This document shows positions 1 to 10,081 of a stretch of 64,000 bases of DNA, piece after piece (the first letter of the stretch is position 1; every line of letters starts with the position of its first letter). The stretch spans positions 8,196 through 72,195 of the forward strand of contig CAVTHH010000011.1 of assembly GCA_963734505.1 (NCBI GenBank). The letters are read 5' to 3'. This DNA comes from Candidatus Bathyarchaeota archaeon (lineage in GTDB: Archaea; Thermoproteota; Bathyarchaeia; Bathyarchaeales; Bathycorpusculaceae). The position numbers were made by a program, and so were the translations under genes. The notes beneath the pieces are model-generated. The model saw nothing but the letters and a program-made list of their open reading frames with translations, was not told the DNA's origin and did not search any database.

Positions 1-104
1 AAGAGATTTGCCGGAAAGTGCCAATTGAAGTCTGACTTACAGGAAGGCACACCCCAATCGTTTATTAATCGCAACGTTAAGAGATGTGAGTCTACGGTGA
101 CAGG

Positions 105-383
105 ATGAACTACTGGAAAATTGTGAAGAAAATTGCGACTGCTTTCGGAGTTGTGTTTGTCGTATTTGGAGCGCTTTCTGCATTTTTAACCTATGAACAA
201 CTCGATATGCAATACGGATCAACCGCTCCCGCTAGCTATATTCTGGTCGCCAGCTTGATCGTTGTGTTGCCTTTCATGCTTTACGCCGCGCTCTCGTTTG
301 TGGTGGCAGGTTTCAGCTCTCGCGCAGCAAAAGAAACCGACAAGAAAGATGCAAACGTGGCTGTTGCGACTGAAACGGAATAA
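105..383 (+). CDS. small two-TM hypothetical membrane protein
   Basis: 92 aa ORF with two hydrophobic helices and a charged tail. Confidence 0.65.
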   Translation: MNYWKIVKKIATAFGVVFVVFGALSAFLTYEQLDMQYGSTAPASYILVASLIVVLPFMLYAALSFVVAGFSSRAAKETDKKDANVAVATETE

Positions 384-420
384 GAGCGCTTGCTTCCAAA
401 GCTTGCCCTCCCGCGCGCAC

Positions 421-924
421 TCATAAAGTCTTCATAACTACATTCTTGAAGTCAGCAATCAATGTTACCTTAGTTCTGACAAGCATAGGAATAAAACCAA
501 ATTTCTTGGAAAGTTGAACACTCGCTTTTTCCAAATCACTCAGAACTGCCGTGTTTACTTTGACCCAAATGACATAATACTTGGCTCTTTTCTTTGCCAC
601 AAAATCAAATCGTCTGCGTTCATGTTCTTTACCCGAATAATCAGAGTTGTCGAGAGCCGTCTTCATTTCTATAAAATCTTCCTTCTTAGAACCAAGAAAT
701 TTCTCCGCATAGTCTCGGTAAGGGGAACTTCTTCCTACAAAGTCTGAGAGTACCATGTAACTTTGAACGGCGAATCCTTGTTTTCTAAGATATTTTGATG
801 CGAGCCTCTCACCGATATATCGTTTATAGACACTGAGTTTTTGCTGACTATATCCGGACACTTCCCACAACTTCCTGAAAGTTTTTAGTACAAAAAATGA
901 GTATAAGAGTTTTGAGAATTTCAA
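421..924 (-). CDS. PD-(D/E)xK nuclease-fold protein (Hjc/YraN-like), possibly inactive
   Basis: GERLASKYLRKQGF...FDFVAKK...YYVIWVK; W occupies the E position of ExK; start uncertain. Confidence 0.55.
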   Translation of the reverse strand: MKFSKLLYSFFVLKTFRKLWEVSGYSQQKLSVYKRYIGERLASKYLRKQGFAVQSYMVLSDFVGRSSPYRDYAEKFLGSKKEDFIEMKTALDNSDYSGKEHERRRFDFVAKKRAKYYVIWVKVNTAVLSDLEKASVQLSKKFGFIPMLVRTKVTLIADFKNVVMKTL

Positions 925-1347
925 ATAAGGGTTTTAGCGCTTCATTCTAGCGCGCTATTCGTTCTCTTCTTGACTTATTCTCTTCTTCATATATTCTCGG
1001 GTATAAGTGTTCTGCGAGCTCTTTCTCTCGTAGCTGGGCCATCGCTTTCCCAGGCACCTAGCCCTTCACTTTTTCTTTCGAGTCAAATAGAACCTTAACG
1101 CTTGTTTTCCATTACAAAGATTCATAAAGCCTTTTGCTCAAAGCATCCGCTACACCCTGAAAAGAAACAGAGGCTCCATTCACTTGAAATGCCCAATTCA
1201 ACCGAGAAATAACCGGATGCGCCCTTGCGGCTCAGTCCTTTCCTTCCTCCTAAAGGTACAACGCTTTTTGAATCCTAGCACGCGTCACTTTGACGTTAAA
1301 GGTTTACTATGACACAGTATCTTGCGCGTCAGAGACCGACACTAACC

Positions 1348-2319
1348 TCATTGTTTGTCGGACGACTTATCAAAATGAATGGCGTTAGCTATCAAACGGC
1401 GCATTCCATCCTCAAGAGAAACCGCAGGAGTATACCCCAAAATACGTTTTGCCTTAGAAATGTCGGCACGGCTGCCCTTGATATCGCCAATCCGAGGCGG
1501 CTCATGACAAACCTCAGGCTTTTTACCCGACAGATCAGACACAGTCTTAGCTAACGCATTGATCGTAACCGCTTTTCCAGAACCAATGTTGAAGATTTCG
1601 CCGTTGGCACTGTCGTTTTCCGCAGAAGCCACGACAGCCTTCACCACATCGTACACGCTCACGAAGTCTCTGCTTTGGGAACCGTCACCGTAAACAATCA
1701 ACGGCAAACCCCGCCGAGCATGATCAACAAACTTGGTTATCACGCCAGAATAATCGTTCACTCCCTGCCGCGGCCCGTAAACGTTGAAGAATCGCAGGAC
1801 AACCGCCTTCAAGACCTCCTGCAGACAAATATTCCTACAATGGTGCTCAGCCTCAAGCTTAGACTCCGCATAGGGCGAGATCGGATTAGGGATGGCTTTC
1901 TCGTTCACAGGCAGCTTCTTGGGATCGCCGTAGACCGCGCAGGAAGAGGCAAACACAAACTTACCCACACCAGCCTCGACGCAACAACGCAGCAAAGTCA
2001 AAGTTCCACCAGCATTCACGTCAAAGGTCAAGGCCGGGTTCTCCACGGAATAAGGCACACTCGTCACCGCAGCCAAATGAGCCACCACATTCACGCCATC
2101 CAAGCATTTTTTGACAACCTCAGCGTTGCGTATGTCGCCCTCTATCAACTCAGCCTTGCCAGACTTCAAATGCTCCAAAATGTTCCCTGGACTTCCAGAG
2201 GAAAAATTATCTAAAACTCTAACCTCGAAACCGCGCTCAACCAGAAAGTCAACCAGGTGGCTGCCTATGAAACCTGCTCCGCCAGTCACCAGATACCGAG
2301 TCTTCGCACCCATGAACAT
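1348..2319 (-). CDS. NAD-dependent sugar epimerase/dehydratase (UDP-glucose 4-epimerase-like)
   Basis: TGGAGFIGSH, YAESK (YxxxK), RFFNVYGP, SRDFVSV motifs. Confidence 0.9.
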   Translation of the reverse strand: MFMGAKTRYLVTGGAGFIGSHLVDFLVERGFEVRVLDNFSSGSPGNILEHLKSGKAELIEGDIRNAEVVKKCLDGVNVVAHLAAVTSVPYSVENPALTFDVNAGGTLTLLRCCVEAGVGKFVFASSCAVYGDPKKLPVNEKAIPNPISPYAESKLEAEHHCRNICLQEVLKAVVLRFFNVYGPRQGVNDYSGVITKFVDHARRGLPLIVYGDGSQSRDFVSVYDVVKAVVASAENDSANGEIFNIGSGKAVTINALAKTVSDLSGKKPEVCHEPPRIGDIKGSRADISKAKRILGYTPAVSLEDGMRRLIANAIHFDKSSDKQ

Positions 2320-2440
2320 TCCCTAATCATAAGTCGCAAAGGAAGAAATTAAACTTAAAGTTTCTGTCTCAGAGCGCACGCTAAAAGAGAGAGCAATGCC
2401 AAAATTCTCACAGACACTGAAGACTGAAACTTTGCCTATT

Positions 2441-2674
2441 CTATTTGAGGATGGGTATTCCGAGGACGTTCGCGAGTTCTTCGCATGTCATCCGCAGTTC
2501 AGATATCTCAGCTTTAAGCGAACTTATTGTAGACTTCCTTTTTCTGATTTCATTCGTCAACCTATTTTCCAGTTCCTCCATTGTGACGAGTAAACGCTTT
2601 TTCTCTTCAAGCAACTTGTACTCTTCTTCGGTCAATTGTGCTAGGCCACCGGAATCTTCAACCTCGCTAAACAT
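2441..2674 (-). CDS. small coiled-coil hypothetical protein
   Basis: 77 aa, E/K/L heptad pattern. Confidence 0.6.
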   Translation of the reverse strand: MFSEVEDSGGLAQLTEEEYKLLEEKKRLLVTMEELENRLTNEIRKRKSTISSLKAEISELRMTCEELANVLGIPILK

Positions 2675-2942
2675 TCTGTCACACCTAACGGAATATTATA
2701 TCTTAATATATAATTGCTATGCTCTTGCTCCCGACACGTGTCAAAAAACGAAATACAGCAAAGGTCGCGCACGAATTCAGTCCCAAACCCTATCTAGGCG
2801 CAAACGAGTAATAGAACTCAAGCATAATTGTTGCCGGTTTAGAACGAAATATCACTGCAATGCAACGGGTGCTGGCTAATGCATTTGTGACTGCGATTAC
2901 GCAATCACACAGCTTTATACCCTCACACTGTTTAGTTCATGT

Positions 2943-3482
2943 ATGTTAAAAACATTTAAAGCACTCATTCTCACTGCCGACAAGTTTGAGGACATGGAGT
3001 TGTTCTTTCCATATTTCCGCTTACTGGAAGAAGGGATAGAGGTCGATGTAGCAGCCCCCGAGAAGGGACACATTGAAGGAGAACACGGCTACGGATTCGA
3101 AGTCGAAAAAACCTTTGACGAAGTCCATCCAGACGATTATGACCTGTTATTAGTTCCCGGCGGGGCGCCAAATGGAGCGCCGTCAGTGGTCAGAAAGGAC
3201 ACCAGGGCTCAAGCCATTGCAAAATCGTTTTTCAACTCCAACAAACCCGTTTCCTCCATCTGTCATGGCCCCTGGCTCTTGGCTTCCTCAGGCCTCGTAA
3301 AGGGAAGACACTTGACTGCTTACTGGTATGACGGCGTTCCAGACGACATAAAGAAAGCAGGCGGAATATACGAGGACAAAGAAGTAGTTGTTGACGGAAA
3401 CCTTGTCACGTCACGTTATCCTGGGGATTTGCCCGCGTTCATGAGAGAAACAATGCGAATGGTAAACAGGATCAAGAAATAG
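2943..3482 (+). CDS. pfpI: PfpI/DJ-1 family protein (glyoxalase III/deglycase-like)
   Basis: FEDMEL, VPGG, ICHGP nucleophile elbow, VVDGNLVTSR. Confidence 0.9.
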   Translation: MLKTFKALILTADKFEDMELFFPYFRLLEEGIEVDVAAPEKGHIEGEHGYGFEVEKTFDEVHPDDYDLLLVPGGAPNGAPSVVRKDTRAQAIAKSFFNSNKPVSSICHGPWLLASSGLVKGRHLTAYWYDGVPDDIKKAGGIYEDKEVVVDGNLVTSRYPGDLPAFMRETMRMVNRIKK

Positions 3483-3562
3483 TTCCTGAAAACGTCCGAA
3501 TAAAATCTCCATTTTTGAGTTTTTTTGAAAATTGAAGTAAAAAGAAAAAAGAGAAAAGAGGT

Positions 3563-4126
3563 CTATTTCAATGCAATTTTTCGTTTTGGCTTGGGCGTTT
3601 TCTTCGGAAGCGTTATTTCCAGTACTCCCTCGCTCAGGTCTGCTTTGACTTCGTCAATTTTTATCTCCTCTGGCAGCTCAATTCTTCTGTAGAATGTTTT
3701 GCATGCGCGTTCTTTACATATGTAAAGTTGACCTTTCTCGTCATATTTCCATCCTGCCATGCCCGTTATCGCAACCGCGTTGTCTTGGACTTCGATCTCG
3801 ATGTCTCCTCTTTTGAAACCGGGCATTTCCGCTTTCAAGAGATATTCCTTTTCGCTATCTTTCAAATCCACCGCTGGGACCCGGATTTCAGGCATAAAAG
3901 AAAATGTCTTGGTCCAATTCGCAGGGAAAAGGAGATCTTCAAAATCACTCCTGAATCTGGTGAACGTGTCGTCGAACGCTTGCCAAATATCCGAAGGAGA
4001 AGCGGGCGCCAAATCGGATATTTTACTTGAGGGTTTGCTAACTATCATCGACTTCTTTTTCTTGGCTGCTGTTTCGGCTTCCTTTGAAGCTTCTTTATCT
4101 TTGACTGTGGGTTTCTTTTCAGCCAT
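3563..4126 (-). CDS. Hsp20/alpha-crystallin small heat shock protein
   Basis: PAVDL...AEMPG...F.RRIELP...GVLEITLPK and C-terminal IAL (IxI-like) motif. Confidence 0.92.
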   Translation of the reverse strand: MAEKKPTVKDKEASKEAETAAKKKKSMIVSKPSSKISDLAPASPSDIWQAFDDTFTRFRSDFEDLLFPANWTKTFSFMPEIRVPAVDLKDSEKEYLLKAEMPGFKRGDIEIEVQDNAVAITGMAGWKYDEKGQLYICKERACKTFYRRIELPEEIKIDEVKADLSEGVLEITLPKKTPKPKRKIALK

Positions 4127-4372
4127 TAAAACTCCCAGTAAACGTTGTGTTATAGTTCTCTCTTAAGGGTATGTGACTGTAGGAAGACAACCACAAGCGC
4201 GCGTTTATTGGTTGCTTAAAGATTTCAATGATTTGTCTTATGTTTTGTCCTGCTGGTTATGGAGAAAGTGTCTCCCGAAACTCTACTTTTGTTTCTTGTG
4301 GTTTTACTTTGGGGACTCCATCGAGTGCAATTCCACAATCTCTTTTCTTTTTCCGCGCGTTATGATTTTCCT

Positions 4373-5248
4373 CTATTCTTCTGTTTCTTCTTTCTCTTGA
4401 GTTTGCGCTCGTTTGTTTTCTGCTCGTTTTCTTGAATCGCTACTGTTTATTGAAGCCATAGCAGCCAGCCCTCCTGCGCCAATGCTTTTCAGAGTTTCCG
4501 TCGGCAACGCAAAGATAATGGTGTTGCTCTGGTCCTTGCTAACCTGCTTGATAGTTTCCAGAATTCTCAGCTGCAGCGCATCATTTTCCGCTAAGACAGC
4601 GGCTGCTTTCGCAAGATTTGTAGAAGCTTCCAACTCAGCCGCAGACTTGATTACTATCGCTCTTGATTCGCGTTCTGATTCGGCTTGAACCGCAAAAGCA
4701 CGCTGCATGTTTTGGGGCAGATTTATTTCCTGCAGTTCAGTTCTTGCAATGTCGATTCCCCATTGCTGGGCCAACTCGTCGATTATGCTCTTTATTGAGA
4801 CCGCAACTTGCTCACGGCTGGATAACAGCTCGTCTAGTTTGTATTGTCCGACAATGTTTCTCATGGAAGTCTGCGCGTACTTGGTTACTGCTTCCTTATA
4901 GTTAACGACATTCAGAATTACCTTCTCAGGGTCTTCCACTTTCATGAAGACAACCGCGTCAAGACCCACCGAAATGCTATCCTTGGTTATCGCAGACTGC
5001 CCTCTCAAGTCTATGGTCTGCATTCGCATGTCAACTCGGTAGAGCGAGTCAACGAATGGTATCTTGAAGTTTATCCCTGTGCTGGCGATTTTGGTGATTT
5101 TTCCAAATCTAAGGACAGCAACCTTTTCCCACTGCTTAACAATGTAAAACCCTAATCTACCCACTAAAAAGACGAAAAGAACAGCTAAAAAGATTAATCC
5201 TATCTCCCACGGTTCCACTTTTCCAGCACCGGTAGACCATATTGCCAT
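4373..5248 (-). CDS. SPFH/band-7 stomatin-like (slipin) protein
   Basis: N-terminal TM, AVLRFGK, ITKD.ISVGLDAVV, AQTSMRNIVG, WGIDI, ALQLRILETI. Confidence 0.92.
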   Translation of the reverse strand: MAIWSTGAGKVEPWEIGLIFLAVLFVFLVGRLGFYIVKQWEKVAVLRFGKITKIASTGINFKIPFVDSLYRVDMRMQTIDLRGQSAITKDSISVGLDAVVFMKVEDPEKVILNVVNYKEAVTKYAQTSMRNIVGQYKLDELLSSREQVAVSIKSIIDELAQQWGIDIARTELQEINLPQNMQRAFAVQAESERESRAIVIKSAAELEASTNLAKAAAVLAENDALQLRILETIKQVSKDQSNTIIFALPTETLKSIGAGGLAAMASINSSDSRKRAENKRAQTQEKEETEE

Positions 5249-5281
5249 AACTCAATATAAAATTTTATCCCAAACCCGAAA

Positions 5282-5803
5282 CTAAGGAGTTCCTTTCTCA
5301 GAGACTGCTGTTTCTTCTCGATATTGACGAATTACTCTAATGAGTTCCTCCAATCCCTTGCCTCTGATTTCAATCGGTTCTCGACCTACAACATGTAACG
5401 TAAAGACAGGAGGTCCAAGCGACAGAAACACACCCAATATAATCAGAATTATGCCACCAATACCCAAACCTGTCGAAATAATATACAGGATATTTGATAA
5501 AATATCTCCTTCCCAATACCAACCCTGCGCAATCAGAGGACGAAAATAGTTCAACAACAATCCAAAAACAATAACAAAAACCCCTGCCGCAATATAGCGT
5601 AATGGAATCTCCTTCTCATACTCAATGGAGGAGATGTAGCGGTAAGAAGCGTCAACAATTTCTTTTCCACCAAAGATCCCCTTCTTTTTGAGGATGAGAC
5701 GTTTGTTTGTCACATATACTTCCCTTTGAGGATTTCCAACAATGATAACTTTCTCGTCAGGAGTGAGGTATGAGGCAATATCAGACGGTATTGACGAAAC
5801 CAT
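5282..5803 (-). CDS. PH-like domain membrane protein
   Basis: YLTPDEKV...VYVTNKRLIL..KGIFGG...ISSIEY (bacterial/archaeal PH pattern) interrupted by two TM helices. Confidence 0.65.
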   Translation of the reverse strand: MVSSIPSDIASYLTPDEKVIIVGNPQREVYVTNKRLILKKKGIFGGKEIVDASYRYISSIEYEKEIPLRYIAAGVFVIVFGLLLNYFRPLIAQGWYWEGDILSNILYIISTGLGIGGIILIILGVFLSLGPPVFTLHVVGREPIEIRGKGLEELIRVIRQYREETAVSEKGTP

Positions 5804-5836
5804 TTATCTTGTTCCCTGTAAAAATGGGGAGATGTG

Positions 5837-6082
5837 CTACTGCAGGCCTTCAAGTTCACGGCTCGTTGCATCGATATTTGAGACTTCCCTTTTTAGCTGG
5901 GGTTCGTCATGTCTCATTTCTTCACAATGACAATCTCTGTTTTCTTCCTTTGTTTTACACTGTTCACACAAGTTGGAAACTGGTCTCGTGGAGGTCTTTT
6001 GATGAATGTACATGGGATACTGGGTGCAGTTCTCACACCAATGCCAATTGTCATGGTCGCTTCCCTTAACATATTCCACCAA
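5837..6082 (-). CDS. small Cys-rich putative Zn-binding protein (paralogue of 19865-20104)
   Basis: WHWCENC-TQYPMY...LCEQC...CHC; near-identical motif in a second ORF. Confidence 0.75.
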   Translation of the reverse strand: MVEYVKGSDHDNWHWCENCTQYPMYIHQKTSTRPVSNLCEQCKTKEENRDCHCEEMRHDEPQLKREVSNIDATSRELEGLQ

Positions 6083-6178
6083 TTCTAATCACCAACTCTC
6101 TTTTGCAATTTGTATCTGCAAAGAGAAAACACTAATATACGTTATCTTTAACCAGTGCAACAAAAATACAAGCGCACG

Positions 6179-6298
6179 CTAGTGTTTAAGCAATTCAAAA
6201 GATAAAATATCTTCCAAAACTTTCTTGCAGCGCTCTAATTTAGAAATTTCTGCGTTGATCTTCTCTAACTCTTCCCTAGCGCTTACTTCAATTTTCAT
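6179..6298 (-). CDS. 39 aa coiled-coil micro-protein
   Basis: manual translation MKIEVSAREELEKINAEISKLERCKKVLEDILSFELLKH, GGTGA SD-like motif just upstream. Confidence 0.4.
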   Translation of the reverse strand: MKIEVSAREELEKINAEISKLERCKKVLEDILSFELLKH

Positions 6299-7125
6299 AA
6301 TCACCCAATCACATGATTGCCGTTTTAAGGTTTCTTGTGAACCGCACTTGGCCTAGAAGTCAACTTTTCTTTGCAATCAAGTGGATCTTCCGGTCCTGTT
6401 TTCTATAGTTATGTTCTACCAAACAATAACGCTGTTTGTGGAAAAGTAATCCGTTTTTGGACTTCATACTTCTTATATATTTGATAAGCCCAAAGCAACT
6501 CGATGCGCACAGTGGTTCAGTCCATTTTCCTTTTCCTAAAGGAATGGAGTCTCTTGAACTCTGATGCGCATCCCTTCATCACAAATTATGCTTTAGAAAA
6601 AGCAGTCCATTTTTGGACAGACGAGTCGTTATATACCTGTTCAACCGAGAAACAAACTGATGCGCTAGCGGTTCAGTACAAGTTCCTTTGTCCTATAGGT
6701 ATGACGTTTCTTGAATCCTAGCGTGCGATACCTTGAAGTTCAAGTTTTGCGCGTCCGCTTCCTTATTGCTTCACCATTCTCTATCCTGAACACGTTGCCA
6801 AACTCGGTGAGAACAGTCTCGCATTTAGTGCATTTCTGAGTTTTCAAAGACCGGAAAGCAAGGATAGGACGATGCTGTTCAGGATGAGGATTAGTTTAGT
6901 TTTGCTGTTGCAACTTCCAAAAAGTTCCAGCAGCCGCAGTTGAGACATTGAACTTTTAGCGTTGTTTTCACGCTCAAGCCTTCAATCCCATCAAGAAGCA
7001 TTTAGGCTTTAAGATTGTTTAGGCGACACTCACGAGCACTGTTGACTTGTTGTGCACAAAAATACATAACCTTATAGGAGACGTAGTAGCAAACTGAAAT
7101 TAACTCGACCTAGTGGAAGTTTCAA

Positions 7126-7278
7126 ATGGAAATCAGAAGGCTGCTAATAGTGGTCTTTTTCTTGACTGTTGGGATTCTGCTTATTGCTGACGGTGTTGCA
7201 GCGAGTTTTGCCGTGACGTTTCTGGTTGGTTTGGCTATGGCACTTCTCGGCTCTATATTCTGGCTTAACGCTGAATAA
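7126..7278 (+). CDS. 50 aa two-TM micro-protein
   Basis: manual translation MEIRRLLIVVFFLTVGILLIADGVAASFAVTFLVGLAMALLGSIFWLNAE. Confidence 0.5.
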   Translation: MEIRRLLIVVFFLTVGILLIADGVAASFAVTFLVGLAMALLGSIFWLNAE

Positions 7279-7320
7279 CAAGTCTGTTTACTTTTAACGC
7301 AGCGCTTACTTCACTAAAAC

Positions 7321-7527
7321 TCATTTCTTTAACTTCTTAACTCTGCGTTCCCAAGCCGAAAATTTCCCTCGAATGCCAAGCTGCGGATGCGGTTCAAACT
7401 CACCGATTAGCCGCCACGCCTCAAGCGGTAACACGGCAGAAGACTCCTTCATGCAAGCTTCCATGTGCTGACATTCATCACCGCAGAAACCTCGAATTTT
7501 CCAGTTACCAAAACAGGTCGGTCTCAT
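7321..7527 (-). CDS. small Cys-rich protein (3' part of track ORF 7321-7914)
   Basis: MRPTCFG...FCGDEC..MEAC 4-Cys cluster; the upstream part of the track ORF looks non-coding. Confidence 0.45.
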   Translation of the reverse strand: MRPTCFGNWKIRGFCGDECQHMEACMKESSAVLPLEAWRLIGEFEPHPQLGIRGKFSAWERRVKKLKK

Positions 7528-8008
7528 ATCGTTATACTCGTGTTTGTTTTTAGTTTTTTGGACAGGCTGCACCTCTCCGTGTGCTCCGGCGCAACCAAGC
7601 CCGTTCGCTGCAGAAAGCTTAGCGGAAAGCCTTCTCCTTTCTCCCCTATTCTGCTCGTCCCACGATACTATAAAGGAGCCTTCAGAATGGAAATATGACA
7701 AGAACCGAAAATGATATTCCATCTTTCTTCCGTCCAAAGACACGAAGAAACCTGGAGCGCGCATGCTTGTTCCTAAATTCGTTTTAGAGTGAATCCCACA
7801 CCTCCCCATGGGAATGAATAGGCTCACGAGAAGAACAACAACAATCATTTTTTCCGAAAAACGCATCCGTTTTTCTTTCACACACTTCTTCTCAAATATT
7901 TTCGGAACAGGCAAGCGCGCTACGGTACATCATGTTTGACTTTGGGTTGCCATAAGGCTTATGAAGTTGACACTTGTTCCCTGCGGTAATTCACCGGTTA
8001 TGGTTGAC

Positions 8009-8976
8009 ATGGGAAACCTCATAGTTGCCGTTCTCGGCGCATCGGATTACGCAAGCAGCCTTGGCAAGAAAGGCACGGCCTACGGACATCACTCTTTACG
8101 ACTTGAAGAGAGGCTTGGACAGCGTGACGTTCGTAGAACCCACCAGATATCCTGAGAGGCTAGCCCCGCTCTTCTATGCGGTAGCTATGGCTGATAAGGC
8201 ACTGGTTGTGGTGGACGAGTTGAACTCAAGCTTCGGAGAATGCCTTGTTATGCTTCAATGCTCCAACGTGAACGGCGGCTACTTCATTCTTAGAAACTAT
8301 TTATCTAGGGAAAAAATTGAACCTTTGATTAGGGGTACCTGTCTGGAGAGATTCGAATTTATGGAGGACAATCCGACGTTGCTGAGAGAGCGATTCATTA
8401 CCGAAGCTGCCCTTCAAGAACCAGAGAACGAAGCCGAAGAAGCCGTAGGGACAGTTCCCCTTGACCATGCGTTTAACGTGAAAGGAGTGGGGACCGTGGT
8501 CCTCGGCACAGTAACCAACGGCAGCATCATGAAACATGATACCATGCAGGTTCTTCCAGGAGGAAAAACCACGCAGGTAAGATCGATACAGAAGCAAGAC
8601 GACGAATTCGATTCAGCATATGAAGGCGAGAGAGTAGGTCTCGCACTGAGAGAACATAGAAGTCGCAGACCTGGACAGGGGAACAGTCTTAACAAGAGAT
8701 CCCGCAGTTAAATCTTCAAAACTGCTGGATACTCATGCGTCCTTGGTTAAGTATTGGCCTGCAAGAATAAAGACGGGCATGATTTTGCACTTGGGACATT
8801 GGATGCAGTTTATCAATGGCAGGGTTGAAGCCGTCACTGACGAGGAAGACTGGCGCAAACCGGTTTTAACGGTGGCTTTGGATAAGGAACTCGTGCATCG
8901 ACCAGGCGACCAAGCCGTGCTCATGTACTTAGAAGGTGGAAAGCTGCGCGTAGCCGGCACGATAGAGCTGCCCTGA
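8009..8976 (+). CDS. SelB-like/EF-Tu domain 2 protein with degenerate G domain; two apparent indels (~8078, ~8651)
   Basis: joined frames read MGNLIVAVLG...LGKKGT.TDITLY...DHAFNVKGVGTVVLG...RSIQ..D...GERVGLAL.NIE..DLDRG...LRVAG. Confidence 0.8.
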
Positions 8977-9006
8977 CCCTACTGATGCAGATATGAAACG
9001 TGATGA

Positions 9007-9174
9007 GTGGCTGTCTTGACGACTAAAACGTTGCTTTGTGGATGCGTTTATGAAGAAAGCGAGTGGATGCTCGTGCGAGTAAAAGAGTGTGAAAGGCATC
9101 AGAAGCAGCGAACCAGAAAAAGAGAGTACAGACCAAAAGCAGAATGCAACAGGAACGATACCAAAGGCGAATAA
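9007..9174 (+). CDS. micro-protein with CxC...CxxH Zn-binding pattern
   Basis: manual translation ...TKTLLCGCVYEESEWMLVRVKECERHQKQR... Confidence 0.45.
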   Translation: MAVLTTKTLLCGCVYEESEWMLVRVKECERHQKQRTRKREYRPKAECNRNDTKGE

Positions 9175-9408
9175 ACGCGCGCGTTTCGCAAGAATTCCAC
9201 GCCAAAAAAAAGATCAATATTCTTCTTTCTTTTTTGGTGGATATTACAAATCGTGTTCCCGCGCATGAGATTGCCCGAGCGACTACCCATTAGTTAGCTG
9301 GGAGAGCCTGCCTCTAAAGTGAAAGACGTTAGTTGCGAAAAACAATTGACTTTTTAGTGAAGTGCGGTTGTCAATAAACCTTTAACAATAGACAGATTAG
9401 AGCGCTAG

Positions 9409-9591
9409 GTGAAAACTATGGAAATAACTAAGGAGCAGTTTCTCGATTATGAAGCGGTAAGGCTCTCAGGAGTGACAGATATGATTGCTATCGCTGTTAT
9501 AGAAGAACTGAGCGGATTATCTAGGGAGCAAATCTTTGAGATAAGGAAGCGCCATGACGAATTGAAAAAGAAGTACACTGCAAAAGAGTGA
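9409..9591 (+). CDS. small helical protein, DUF5049-like
   Basis: ITKEQFLDYEAVRLSGVTDM resembles the ...R.SG.TNM.. signature recalled for DUF5049. Confidence 0.55.
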   Translation: MKTMEITKEQFLDYEAVRLSGVTDMIAIAVIEELSGLSREQIFEIRKRHDELKKKYTAKE

Positions 9592-9651
9592 GTGCACTCG
9601 GCAAAACTCTGCTGCGAGACTATCTACAAATTCTGCTTTTTACTGAAGATT

Positions 9652-9843
9652 CTATTTCTTTGGAGAGTTTTTGAAAACTGCACAGTCCATGCATTGCTTC
9701 ATTGTGCATACATCTTCTGAAAATGGGCAACAATGAAAAATCCGCGGGAGATAAGCGTTCAACGCCTCGTTCTCAACAGACTCAAAATCTAGTTTAGCCT
9801 TACTCAAAAGTGTTCGAATCTCATCTGTAGATTTCTGAGTCAC
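9652..9843 (-). CDS. small Cys-rich hypothetical protein
   Basis: HCCPFSEDVC...QCMDC; GGGAGAG SD-like sequence upstream. Confidence 0.6.
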   Translation of the reverse strand: MTQKSTDEIRTLLSKAKLDFESVENEALNAYLPRIFHCCPFSEDVCTMKQCMDCAVFKNSPKK

Positions 9844-10081
9844 TTCTCTCCCTCAAGAAGGGCAAATCGTAGGATAGCATATAAACCATATTTCCAGAAA
9901 CCTAATACATCAAAAACGCCACGCCAATCAGTCCAGCATGGAAAGATATAGAAAAAGATAAAGGAAAAAGCAAAGGGCTCGTCTGAATCCATTTAGTGAA
10001 TTTTCAGCGCGTGCCAAATTCGACTCACTTGTTCATTAGCACTCTGCCCATACGTTGTTGCTGTTTCAGTCGCGAAACCCT

